NCBI RefSeq assembly: GCF_004010195.1
Contig: NC_057720.1
Span: 20,015,163 to 20,035,162, forward strand
DNA from: Chiloscyllium plagiosum
Taxonomy: Eukaryota
DNA length: 20,000 nucleotides
Direction of reading: 5' to 3'
In this document: positions 1 through 9,957 of the stretch, in pieces
Numbering within the stretch: the stretch's first letter is position 1
Layout of the letters: each line of letters begins with the position of its first letter
Made by a program: the position numbers and the translations under genes
The notes under the pieces: generated by a model
What the model was told of the DNA's origin: nothing
Seen by the model: only the letters and a program-made list of their open reading frames with translations
Databases searched by the model: none

Positions 1-114
1 AACTTTGCGCTTCAGGAACAGTGTCCCAATTTGTCGATCATGTCATTGCATATTTGTGTTAATTTGCATTATAGCAGAACGACCTGTATATTAAGACGAC
101 AATGAGCATCTCTT

Positions 115-257
115 CAATTCTGCTGGAACTTCCTACGCAACAGCAATCACCACAGCGACAGTGGTTGATTAAGGCAGCTTAGCACTGTCTTCTTAGGGTG
201 ACAAGAAACAAAAATATAAATTCAAGTCTTTCAACAACATCCACACCTCAAGAATGG
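115..257 (+). mobile_element. Degraded 3' end of a LINE (CR1/L2-superfamily type tail)
   Basis: ctggaacttcctacgcaacagca...aaggcagcttagcactgtcttcttagg...acatccacacctcaagaatg loosely resembles a common elasmobranch LINE 3' UTR. Recognised by eye only. Confidence 0.45.
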
Positions 258-537
258 CAGTTAAAACTTTGTTTCGAAGTTTATTATACATTCCTAAACA
301 ACTTATCTACTGTTAATGGCTATTATCACTCAGGAGAAAGATGAAGGCACATTGTATAATAACACCAACTGTTGATACTTAACCAAAAAGGATTCCTTGT
401 ACAAGGAAATACAAACTTAATGGCACTCATCTTTTATTTAGCCTTTACGCAGAATCAAAACCTGCAAAGGTTTATCACTGACATTATTTTGATTTCAAGC
501 TACCAACTAAGGGTTAAGAATTAAGTAAATGACACAC

Positions 538-793
538 CTTCTGAATGAAAGGCTTCTTTCAAATGCTCTAGTACATCTGCAAACTTCCTGACATCATTCA
601 CCAACTGCATTATGTATTCTGGATCCACAACTGGACTGTCATAACAATCAGAGTTTGAGCTGATGCTGCTGACCGAACCACTTTTAGTACTTCGGCCCAT
701 ACTCAAGTTTCCTGAGCTGGGCAAGGCAAAGAAATTTGAACTGGAGAAACGGGCAAAACCACGTTTATTGCTTCCAACAGTCTGCCGCAACAT
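538..793 (-). CDS. ARHGAP29: First coding exon of a Rho GTPase-activating protein 29-like gene (85 codons + 1 nt; the gene continues left of the window)
   Basis: Translates MLRQTVGSNKRGFARFSSSNFFALPSSGNLSMGRSTKSGSVSSISSNSDCYDSPVVDPEYIMQLVNDVRKFADVLEHLKEAFHSE, which resembles the ARHGAP29 N-terminus as I recall it (human ...SLSSNSIFDPDYIKELVNDIRKF...LKEAIFS). Phase-1 donor GAAG|GTGTGT at 538/537. Family paralogues ARHGAP45 and GMIP are not formally excluded. Confidence 0.85.
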
Positions 794-882
794 CCCAGCT
801 GCTGCGCTGCTTACAAATTCTTTAGGGCAATCTGTAGTTGGTGCTAAAAGACCATTTACAAAACGGTTTAGGATGATGAGTC
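794..882 (-). other. ARHGAP29: 5' UTR (or in-frame extension) part of the same exon
   Basis: Acceptor with branch-like CTAAT and a pyrimidine tract: attctaattttgttgCAG|GACTC at 883/882. The frame is open and in phase with ATG793. Confidence 0.7.
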
Positions 883-1125
883 CTGCAACAAAATTAGAAT
901 ACAAAAGTTTCAGTCAATATATGCAAGCTAACTTCAATAATGTTGCTTTTCTCTAATAGAACACTAAAAAGTTCTTCCAACATTAACATAAATACAATAC
1001 AGCAGAGGATCAGGCCCTTTGTCTCACTAAGCCGGCACCATTCATAATGTTTACTTGTGATATCTTGCCTTTATGTACTGACGTTCCCATCCATTCTGGG
1101 CTGTGGTCTGGTTGGCTCATTGTAG

Positions 1126-1245
1126 AGGAGAAAGTGAGGTCTGCAGATGCTGGAGATCAGAGCTGAAAATGTGTTGCTGGAAAAGCGCAGCAGGTCAGGC
1201 AACATCCAGGGAACAGGAGAATCGACGTTTCAGGCATAAGCCCTT
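1126..1245 (-). mobile_element. Penelope-like element 3' terminal fragment with a truncated hammerhead-like motif
   Basis: Near-identical reverse complement of 8343-8461. Flanked by the direct repeat ATTGTAGAGGA at 1119-1129 and 1247-1257, which partly overlaps the element end. Confidence 0.8.
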
Positions 1246-1490
1246 TATTGTAGAGGATTCTTATAATCTGTAATATAAATGCTGTTAAGATGATAATGTA
1301 TCTGAGCAACCTTAATTCATTGACATTTTTGAAATGTTATGGAATAGAGAACAAAACTATTATGCGGTATTTTCATTGTGACATTTGAATTTGTTCCAGT
1401 CTGTAAATGGGACTTGTGGAAAGTGCCTCAATGCTAACTACTCCAGTGTGTTGCTGATATTAGACTGGAGAGGACAGCATTAAACTCTAA

Positions 1491-1622
1491 CTTCCAGATC
1501 TTTACTTGTAGAGTTCAAATTCCACCATCTGCCCTGGTGGGATTCAAATCCAAGTGCCCAGAACATTACCTGGGTCTATGGATTAATAATCTAGCGATTA
1601 TACCACTAAGCAGTTGCCTCCT
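1491..1622 (-). mobile_element. tRNA-derived SINE 5' head (SacSINE1/DeuSINE-like)
   Basis: Minus strand reads gaggcaactgcttagtggtataatcgctagattattaatcc...ggatttgaatcccaccagggcagatggtggaatttgaa, with A-box-like and B-box-like motifs. Similar to 6305-6463. Confidence 0.7.
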
Positions 1623-2109
1623 CAATGGTTCAATGATTTTCTAAGTTACCAAGGTTTTACCATTTGTCTACATTAATCGGCATTTGAGTATCTTCCGAGT
1701 TACAATTATAGGTTTGCAGCAGACTGACACTTCAAATGTCATAATGAAAACAATGCATTGTAGTTTTGTTCTCTATTTCAAATACTTCAAAAATGTCACT
1801 GAAGTAGGGTTATTCAGATAGATTACCATATTAACAACATTTATATAACTGATTATAAAAAACACATTACAGTGAATCAACTCAGGCATTGCCCAGAGTG
1901 GATGGGAACATCAATACATAAAGGCGAGATGTCAAGGTCAAAAAAATTACATACTCATTAAAATTGTAGCACTAATTGGCACAAATGGGGCAAACATATA
2001 CTCCAATAAACCATATCTCTAGCCGTTTTTATTTTTCTAATTTGATAACTCAAAACATCAATACCACAACTTGTGTCGTAAGACTTTCCTGTTTACAACT
2101 GAGAACAGC

Positions 2110-3840
2110 AGGACGTTTCGGTTTCAGTCCCGTCCCCCATCACCCTCCCTAGTTATTTTACAGGTAGAAGTTTGAACACTATTTAGCAATGAATAGTACA
2201 GAAGGATAGTAAAAGAAAAATCAACGCGGATTCACCGACATCGATCGATCGTCTTCGATAGTGACACTAAAAAAAAGTCGAAAAACTACGTTCACAAACA
2301 CTCGAAAAAAAATGTATTTTTTTTCCAATGCAGTACTTACACTTATACTCAAAAAAACCCAATGAGGACGTGTTGGTTGTAAAGCTAATTCATTTGAAAA
2401 ATAAAGAAACAGATCCACTGCTGATAACCCTTGCGAGGTGCGGCGCTCTCTTATCTGGCACTGAATGTCTCGCATTCCTTTGGGTTAAACAACTCCGCAC
2501 CCACTCACCCACCAGACCCAGGCTCTCTTGCCCAACCTCAGGGGGCTGTTACTACACCCGCCGCCGCCCCCTTTCACCCTACCGACCCCTCCCTTCAATT
2601 TACGCCTCCCCTATCAGAGACTTCCCCAAAGGGTTGTTGTTGTAGAATTGCCTTGTTTAAAGCAGCGACTGCGAACACAGACAGCACTGGGCAACGTGCA
2701 GCCGGTTTGCATTCAGGGGTTGAGTGGGACGAAAAGAGGGAACCCTGCAAGTAGGGGGGGGGGGATTGTCCGCCCATAGCAGGAGACCCCGCCAGGATTG
2801 GTGGGAGGAGGGGAAAGCGGGATTGGGTGGGGGAACCCCCTCAAGTTTGGGGGAGGGGTGGTGGAAGGCATCAAAAGCCCGCCGCGAGCCTGACCTGAAG
2901 GGGTGCGCGCGCCACTTATCGCAGCGCGAGCCCAGGAACCCGAGTAACGGTCACCGTTTAAACGGGGAGACAGGCACCATCGGAGAGCGCTCCCTACCCC
3001 ACTCGAGAGAAATCGGACTCAATTTCGAATCAATGCCGATTTTGTGTTTTTTTGGGGTGGTTGGGGAACGGGCTCTCGCTTTTCACTGTTTTTGTTCTGG
3101 CGATGAAAAGTAAACATTTTCTCTTTTTTTTAACCCGCAATCGAAGGGCTCCAGCAGTCAGGAGAAATCAGAGCGAACTTACCCGCCTTACGAAGGTACC
3201 GTCAGATTTCTTTAATCCCCTTACGATCATTGTGTTTTGATTTTTAAAACGCTTCGCCTGCCCAAGGCTGGCGACACTTGAAAGGCAGGCTTTTGATGCT
3301 TCTCTCGGGGCGCTCCTCCTCTGTCGGCGCTCGGTGTGAAAAGCCCATCCGTCAACCCGTTTACCTTCACACTTGGCCGCTGCCCGCCCCCAAGCCCACG
3401 TGGGCCGCAATGCCTGGCCTCCGATTGGCTGGGTGTTTACAATGTCCCGCCCACCACCCGCGGATTCCCCCGCCCTTTACCCCGATTGCACCTCCCCCCC
3501 CGCCCTCTTACCCCCCCTGTCCCACCCCCATACCCACTGGAATCTGTAGCAACAGGTGAAACCTCAGAAGGGTTACGGATCAGGTTGCAATGGTAGGGTC
3601 AGGGGCATGCCGGGGGTCGCATTTTGATTTTGACCTTTCAGTGCAACGTCGTGAATGTTTTCACGTCTGACCGGAGGTATTCGGTCAAGCTGCAATCGTT
3701 TACAAAATCTGCTCTTCAACATAGACACAGTGTCTCATCCACTGCAATTAAGTAGTTTGTTCTCTCTCTTCTCCCCCACCTTCCCCCTTCAGTTCTACAT
3801 TTACGACTTAGAGGTGCAATCGCGATCCAAGATTTGGCCG
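2110..3840. promoter_or_regulatory. CpG island / promoter region of the ARHGAP29-like gene
   Basis: Sharp rise in GC and CpG content against CpG-depleted flanks. GC boxes (CCCGCCC near 3383, 3446, 3469, 3499), CCAAT on the minus strand (3424-3428), E-box CACGTG (3397-3402) and FOX-type TGTTTAC (3434-3440). Confidence 0.8.
3183..3370 (-). other. ARHGAP29: Probable non-coding exon 1 (5' boundary approximate)
   Basis: Consensus donor CGG|GTAAGT at 3183/3182 inside the CpG island, immediately downstream (minus sense) of the GC-box/CCAAT cluster. Confidence 0.6.
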
Positions 3841-5010
3841 TTGATTTTCATCAGGAACAAATAATGTTGAGACTGGACCTTCACATTTCACCCCAAAATG
3901 TTAATATTAATGCTATTACGGTGTTGACTTTCTGTACCGAAAATGTGATAATTTGTCATTTACACTTCTATAACAAATAACACAATGGTATTGCTGAGGT
4001 ATTTGGGCCTGAGAACTGTCATGCCGTTTGTTGAAAGTGGGAATAGAGGGTTAAACGAGACAAAATATTTGCTGGGAAACTCTTGAAAACACATTGGCAG
4101 CTATTCAAGACCGACTTTAATGAAGGTCTGTTAAGTGCTTGATGCCACCCCCTTGTCCTTAACTGAAGCGTTTCATAGGACAAACCGAAAAAAAAACTGT
4201 AGAATATCTTAATACAACACGTAAAACAGATCGTTTGAAAAAAATGTTTTCTTCTGTTAGTCAATGATAATTGCACATGTTTTATTGTAATGTGGGGATT
4301 ACTAACATACATTATTTTTCCACAACATTTTTCTTCTATTCGCCTATTAGATTTCTGAAATGAATTATCAACGTTTAGCTCATTTGTTAAGCCAATACAC
4401 CATTCCATCTGTGCTGAAATGTAAGATGAAATCTATGCGTAAACCGCATACCTGAGGTAGGCAATGCACACAAGCTACAGAACACTAAATTACTGTTCTG
4501 CAAGATGACAAGAATGTGAAGGCCCTTTGATACGTTTATGGTTTTACGAGGAAGAAAAAGATGCGTTCTTAAGATATTTTCACACTTTTACAAACATATG
4601 AATAGCTTATTCACAATATTTTATTTTCAAAGATTCAGAAAATTCATGTCACTGGAAGATATTTTCCGCACACCCACTCTCAGACAGTAATCTTGTAAAT
4701 AGCAATGAATTATGACTTTATTTAGAAAAAATCAAAATTATTACGATATTTAACATCTAATAAAACCTTATAAAGGTTGAGAGTGTGTTGTAAGCTTGTA
4801 ACATGCCAAGAAAGGAGGCTAGAAGATGCAAAGACAAGTTTTAGTGTTCCATATTGATAGTTATTTCAGGGTTAACTAGACCTCCAAATATAGCATTTTA
4901 AAACAATGCAGTATATAATCCTATTTAGTTGTATTTATTTTTAATTGTTTTGCTTTCAGTAGCAAGCTTACTGTTGCCTTTCCTTAAAAAAATCTTGCTT
5001 TGAAATTGTC

Positions 5011-6297
5011 ACAGAATCATAGAATTTTACAGTACTGAAGGAGACCATTTGACTAATCATGTCTGTACCAGCTCTCAAAACAGCTACCCAGCTCATTCCA
5101 TTCTACTGCTGTAGCCCTCGAAATTCATCACATTCAAATGAAAACTTTTAACCAGTTCTTTTAAAATCTCATATGGAAACTGCCTTCATCAATTTCCCAA
5201 AGCGTTCCAAATCATAACAATCAAGTAAAGAAGTTTCTCCTCATCTCACTCCTGGCCCTCCTGCTGACAATCTTGAAATTGTGACCCCTTGTTACTGACA
5301 TACCAACTAGTGAAATCAGAATGTCCTTCTTTGCATTGTCAAACTTGTTCATAATCTTGAACACCTCAATAAGGTCACCTCTTAATCTTCTCCAAGGAGG
5401 ATAAGTCCAATCTTTCCTTGAATCTAAAATCCCTCATTTCTGGTATCATTCATGTAAATTTCCTTTGCACTCTCTCTCTCTCCAAAACTTAAAATTCTTC
5501 CTCAAATAAAGGCACCCAGAACTGAATACAATACTCCAAATGTGGTCTGACCACTGATTTGTGTAGGTGAAACATCACTTCCTTTCTTTTTGAACCTAGA
5601 GCTCTATTTATAAACCCAAGGATCCCATAAGCCATAACAACTGTTTCAACTTGCCTGGCTAGAAAGTTATGCACGTGAACCCTAAGGTCTCTCTGCTCCT
5701 GTACTTTCCTCAAGTTGTACCATGGAGCCTGCATTGTCTCTGTGTTTCTTCCACCAAAATTCATTACCTCACATTTTTCTGTATAGAATTTTGTTTGCCA
5801 GGTGTTTGGGTCAACTTGTCAATGTTCCACTGAAGTCACTCAACATCATCCTCACAATTCTCCCTGATGTATCATCTGCAAATTTAGAGATTTTTCCCTC
5901 AATACCCATTTCTAAATCATTTCTAAAAATCAGAAAAAAAAAGGTCCCAATGATCTCTGGGTAACATCACTTTCAATTCCAATCTGAGAAATGCCTATCT
6001 ATAATACCCTCTGTTTCCTATCTTTTAGCCAACTTCTAATCCATGCTACCAAGGACACATCAACCTCAAACATTTCAAATTTGCTGACCAATCTGCCATA
6101 CCACACCGCATCAATGCTTTCTAAAAGTCCAAATATTTGACTTCCGCAGTACTATACTCACCCATTGCCTGTGTCACCGCATCAAAGAATTTAATCAAAT
6201 TTGTCAGACATGATCTGCCCTTAAAGTCATGTTGACTGTCTAGTATTAACCTACTTTTTTCTAAGTATATATTTACCTTATCACATATTATGGTCTC
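5011..6297 (-). mobile_element. CR1 LINE, 5'-truncated and degraded (RT to 3' tail)
   Basis: 3' tail rc(agaatcatagaat) at ~5013-5025. Minus-strand peptides VVRPHLEYCIQFW, KFADDT (5868-5885) and GRSCLTNLIKFFD (~6180-6220). Confidence 0.9.
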
Positions 6298-6304
6298 AAA
6301 GAGT

Positions 6305-6463
6305 CACATGAGGCTAGCTTGTTCCTCCACAGATTTTTATCTTATTGAATTCAAATTTCACTGTCTGCGATTGGAAGCTGGGTTTCACCATTGGGCCCAT
6401 GTCCCCAAAACACCGGCCAAGATTTTGGATTGCTAGTCCAATAACATTACAACTATGCCACCG
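6305..6463 (-). mobile_element. tRNA-derived SINE 5' head (SacSINE1/DeuSINE-like)
   Basis: Minus strand gtggcatagttgtaatgttattggactagcaatcc...ggggacatggg...aaatttgaattcaataa. Same family as 1491-1622. Confidence 0.65.
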
Positions 6464-6622
6464 CATATTATCTTGGTTGAATTTTTCTTAATTTGTGTAG
6501 TTCTTCTGCAAATGTGCCTTTTTTTCAGCATGATGCTAGACCAGACTTATGCATGTGTCATCATAACTCGGAAAGAATTTTAAAGAGAACAATATATCCC
6601 GTACGATTGGTCTAGATATGGG

Positions 6623-6773
6623 AAATAAAAGTGGAAAATGCTGAATATAGTCTGCAAGTTAGACAGTGTGTACATCTGTATTTAACCCAGTCTCTCTCCT
6701 TAGATGCTCTCCAACTAGTTGACTATTTCTACATTTTCTGTTTTTATTTCAGCATCTGTAGTATTTTGCTTTT
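6623..6773 (+). mobile_element. Old, degraded Penelope-like terminus with partial inverted structure
   Basis: Ends in ...catttTctgtttttatttcagcatctgtagtattttgctttt, like the other Penelope-like ends. The 5' part (aataaaagtggaaaatgctgaatatagtc) is a decayed inverse of gactatttctacattttctgtttttatt. Confidence 0.5.
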
Positions 6774-7628
6774 GTCTGTATTTTAGGAATAGGTTCAAAT
6801 CTAGCTCAGACAGAATATATGCAAATTTCATTTGTGTTGTCTCAATCTAGTCCCAATTAGGTTTCAGCAGAGAATGATCCTTTATTGCAAAACAAACCGT
6901 ACGTGTCAAACTTTGAAAAATAGCACACTGTTATATTTGGTGGTGTTCTGAGGTTATGACACACTGATGCAATAGAAGAAAGTAACCCTATGATAGCTGA
7001 GATGAGTGTGCTTTCTGCTGAATTAGTTATCTGAAGTGAGAAATGCTGTATCTGTTCACTAACATCACTTGCCTTAAAGAACACAAATTTGCCTCAACAA
7101 GAGGTATATGTATTCCATTTTCCAGAGCTGTATATGATTCTTCACACATTGTACACAGATTATGGACTTAAATTGTACAATTCAGGTTTAATTTAGAATT
7201 GCATTATTAAACACTTCACCATATAGTTTTACTTGTTACATGATGTCACATGACACAAGAGATAACTTGCATTCATGAATTACCATGCTGTTCCAACTTA
7301 AAACATTTGTACAAAAATTGTATGGTATCTATATACTGCAAATCTTATATCTGCACACAACCTGTGCAAAGCCCTTATTTCTAGATGTCACAATTTTATA
7401 TCAGCTATTTCATCTAAATTCCTGTGTACATTTAGAAACTTCATCTCTGCCACCTCCAAACAGACCCCACTACCAAGGATATATTTCCCTCCCCTCCCCT
7501 ATCAGCGTTCCGGAAAGACCACTCCCTCGTCAGATCCACACCCCACACCAACCCAACCTCCACTCCCGGCACCTTCCCCTACAACTGCAAGAAATGCAAA
7601 ACTTGCGCCCACACCTCCCCCCTCACTT

Positions 7629-7949
7629 NNNNNNNNNNNNNNNNNNNNNNNNNNNNNNNNNNNNNNNNNNNNNNNNNNNNNNNNNNNNNNNNNNNNNNNN
7701 NNNNNNNNNNNNNNNNNNNNNNNNNNNNNNNNNNNNNNNNNNNNNNNNNNNNNNNNNNNNNNNNNNNNNNNNNNNNNNNNNNNNNNNNNNNNNNNNNNNN
7801 NNNNNNNNNNNNNNNNNNNNNNNNNNNNNNNNNNNNNNNNNNNNNNNNNNNNNNNNNNNNNNNNNNNNNNNNNNNNNNNNNNNNNNNNNNNNNNNNNNNN
7901 NNNNNNNNNNNNNNNNNNNNNNNNNNNNNNNNNNNNNNNNNNNNNNNNN
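7629..7949. other. Assembly gap (321 N)
   Basis: Run of N. Its true length may differ. Confidence 1.
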
Positions 7950-8013
7950 CCAAGTCCCTCCTCCCTACCTTTTATCTTAGCCTGCTTGGCACACCCTCCT
8001 CATTCCTGAAGAA

Positions 8014-8336
8014 GGGCGGCACGGTGGCACAGTGGTTAGTACTACTGCCTCACAGCGCTAGAGACCCGGGTTCAATTCCCGCCTCAGGCGACTGACTGTG
8101 TGGAATTTGCACGTTCTCCCCGTGTCTGCGTGGGTTTCCTCCGGGTGCTCCGGTTTCCTCCCACAGTCCAAAAATGTGCAGGTCAGGTGAATTGGCCATG
8201 CTAAATTGCCCGTAGTGTTAGGTAAGGGGTAAATGTAGGGGAATGGGTGGGTTGCGCTTCGGCGGGGCGGTGTGGACTTGCTGGGTCGAAGGGCCTGTTT
8301 CCACACTGTAAGTAATCTAATCTAATCTAATATAAA
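8014..8336 (+). mobile_element. Full-length HE1-type V-SINE (tRNA-derived)
   Basis: Starts GGGCGGCACGG, A box TGGCACAGTGG (8025-8035), B box GGTTCAATTCC (8069-8079), V-domain tttgcacgttctccccgtgtctgcgtgggtttcctccgggtgctccggtttcctcccac, CR1-like tail gggcctgtttccacactgta and (TAATC)n end. Confidence 0.92.
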
Positions 8337-8689
8337 CCTTGAAGGCTTATGCCCGAAACGTCGATTCTCCTGCTCCTTGGATGCTGCCTGACCTGCTGCG
8401 CTTTTCCAGCAACACATTTTTCAGCTCTGATCTCCAGCATCTGCAGTCCTCACTTTCTCCTACATTTAGAAACTGCCCGTGTAAGCCCATTGCATCATTC
8501 TTTCAGTGGTGACTCTGTAACACCTTAATTTTTCATAATTAAAATTCTTTACCTGGTATTGCAGAGAAAATGTTTATTAAAAAGATATTGTGGTGGAGGT
8601 AAACTTTGTATCAGTGGTTAGTGAGGTAAGTAGTAGAATGAGATAAGTATTAGATAATTTATTCAACAAAAGGACAAAAGATTGTCAAG

Positions 8690-9480
8690 ACCCAACGACA
8701 TATGAAAATCCTTAGGAATTTAGGAAATATATTTTGGATTTTATTTCCAGCTAGTGCATTTCAGAAGACAGGAGGGTGACCATGTAGTATCCATTTTAAA
8801 AAGAGATAGAGCTAACCTGTGTGATTATAAATCATTGTTTAAATTTTAGCACAAGAGGAAATATTTTGAATCATTTATGGAAGATTAAATACATACCAAA
8901 AATATATTTAATAATGAAGAAAAACCTAAGTAGATGCATCCAACATGGAGTTTCAGAAAGAAAGGTAATGGTTTCAAAAAAAACTGGTAGAATACTTTGG
9001 GAGATGCAGATTGCACAACGAATATGGTGCAAATAAACTAATGAGGCTTTGATAAAATACCCCAAGTGAGTTGGAAAGATTAAAGGGTACGGAATTTAAT
9101 GGTAAAACAGTGTAATAAATATCAGATTTTTCATGAAGTGGCTCAAAGTGAACATTGTTGTTTCATGCAGTTTTGTTCTGGAATAATTTCTATTTGCTGT
9201 GCTTGTCAATAAATTTGAAAACAGGACTGGAGAGAATGTGGCAGACGTTTGCAGATGAGAGAAAACAAAGGCCATCAATAGTCCTCTGAAGTATTAAAGG
9301 AAGATAAGAGGGACTTTAGATAAGATGCTGGAAAGAATAAACCAAGCATCAGGTGGGATTCACTGTCAGTCAACAGAGGCAGGATATTTTGTTTTAAAAT
9401 ACAAATAAAATTAGATTGTGAAAGAAGAAAATGTTGGATGATATCAAAAGGGAAAAGAATTTAGGAATTCAGATTTACAA
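8690..9480 (+). mobile_element. Highly degraded CR1 ORF2 fragment
   Basis: Frameshifted remnants in the expected order: EDxRV..VSIFKK.DRAN..DY (~8762-8830), QHG..RK (~8940), FADE (9248-9259). Confidence 0.6.
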
Positions 9481-9781
9481 GACAAAAAGTAGAATGTTAA
9501 ATGTCCAGATTTAGAATGGAAATTGCCTGTGTAAAACGTGCCTGACCTTAGTTGAAACAAAATGACATTGACATGCTGCAGCGCCATCATTTGTAAGGTG
9601 GTGTGATTACAGCATGACATCTGGCACAGTCTTCATGAACGTGGACCTGGGAATTCATAGTCATAGAGATGTACAGCATGGAAACAGACCCTTTGGTCCA
9701 ACCCATCCACACTGACCAAATATCCCAACCCAATCTAGTCCCACCTGACAGCACCTGGCCCAAACCCTTCCTATTCATATA

Positions 9782-9957
9782 GATAAAAACAATGACTGCA
9801 GATGCTGGAAACCAGATTCTGGATCAATGGTGCTGGAAGAGCACAGCAGTTCAAGCAGCATCCTGATGAAGGGCTTTTGCCCGAAACGTTGATTTTGCTG
9901 AAGCTCCTCGATGCTGCCTGAACTGCTGTGCTCTTCCAGCACCATTGATCCAGAATC
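9782..9957 (+). mobile_element. Short Penelope-like insert forming a hairpin that encloses a minimal hammerhead-like motif
   Basis: 48-bp inverted arms at 9815-9862 and 9910-9957 (47/48 match). Target-site duplication (C)TTCCTATTCATAT(A) at 9767-9781 and 9957-9971. Confidence 0.85.
9854..9899 (+). ncRNA. Candidate minimal type-I hammerhead ribozyme motif
   Basis: CUGAUGA (9863-9869), an extra A, stem II GGGC-UUUU-GCCC (9871-9882), GAAA (9883-9886), then CGUU. AACGUU is palindromic, and 9854-9862 can pair with 9891-9899 at 8 of 9 positions (one G-U). Activity is untested. Confidence 0.6.

Larger units (their letters stand above)
1058..1934. repeat. Long imperfect inverted repeat (foldback/MITE-like relic) in intron 1
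   Basis: Arm 1058-~1403, excluding the 1126-1245 insert, is the reverse complement of ~1720-1934. Example: tgatatcttgcctttatgtactgacgttcccatccattctgggc versus rc(gcccagagtggatgggaacatcaatacataaaggcgagatgtca). Confidence 0.85.
7441..8460 (+). mobile_element. 5'-truncated Penelope-like retroelement, interrupted by an assembly gap and a SINE
   Basis: Perfect 14-bp target-site duplication TACATTTAGAAACT at 7427-7440 and 8461-8474. The frame from 7442 reads HLCHLQTDPTTKDIFPSPPLSAFRKDHSLVRS...PGTFPYNCKKCKTCAHT, the Cys-rich linker between RT and GIY-YIG in Penelope-like elements. Typical 3' terminus with GCCCGAAACGTC. Confidence 0.85.

Noticed and set aside
663..956. 97-aa plus-strand ORF
   Set aside because: Antisense shadow of the ARHGAP29 exon with no recognisable domain.
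2237..2253. ATCGATCGAT palindrome / (ATCG)n
   Set aside because: Too short to distinguish from chance within a CpG island.
2221..3864. Many overlapping 60-130-aa ORFs
   Set aside because: Expected in a GC-rich CpG island; low-complexity Pro/Gly/Arg translations. The 2221-2475 ORF is out of phase with exon 2.
6860..7103. Possible plus-strand exon (TAG|GTTTC ... GAG|GTATAT) or 75-aa minus ORF
   Set aside because: Weak splice signals, stops in the plus frames and no recognisable protein. A divergent lncRNA cannot be supported without RNA data.
7285..7980. 231-aa and 124-aa ORFs
   Set aside because: Artefacts of reading through the N gap. The real Penelope-like coding relic is in another frame.
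8014..8090. tRNA gene
   Set aside because: The A and B boxes belong to the SINE head and are followed by a V-domain and a LINE-like tail.
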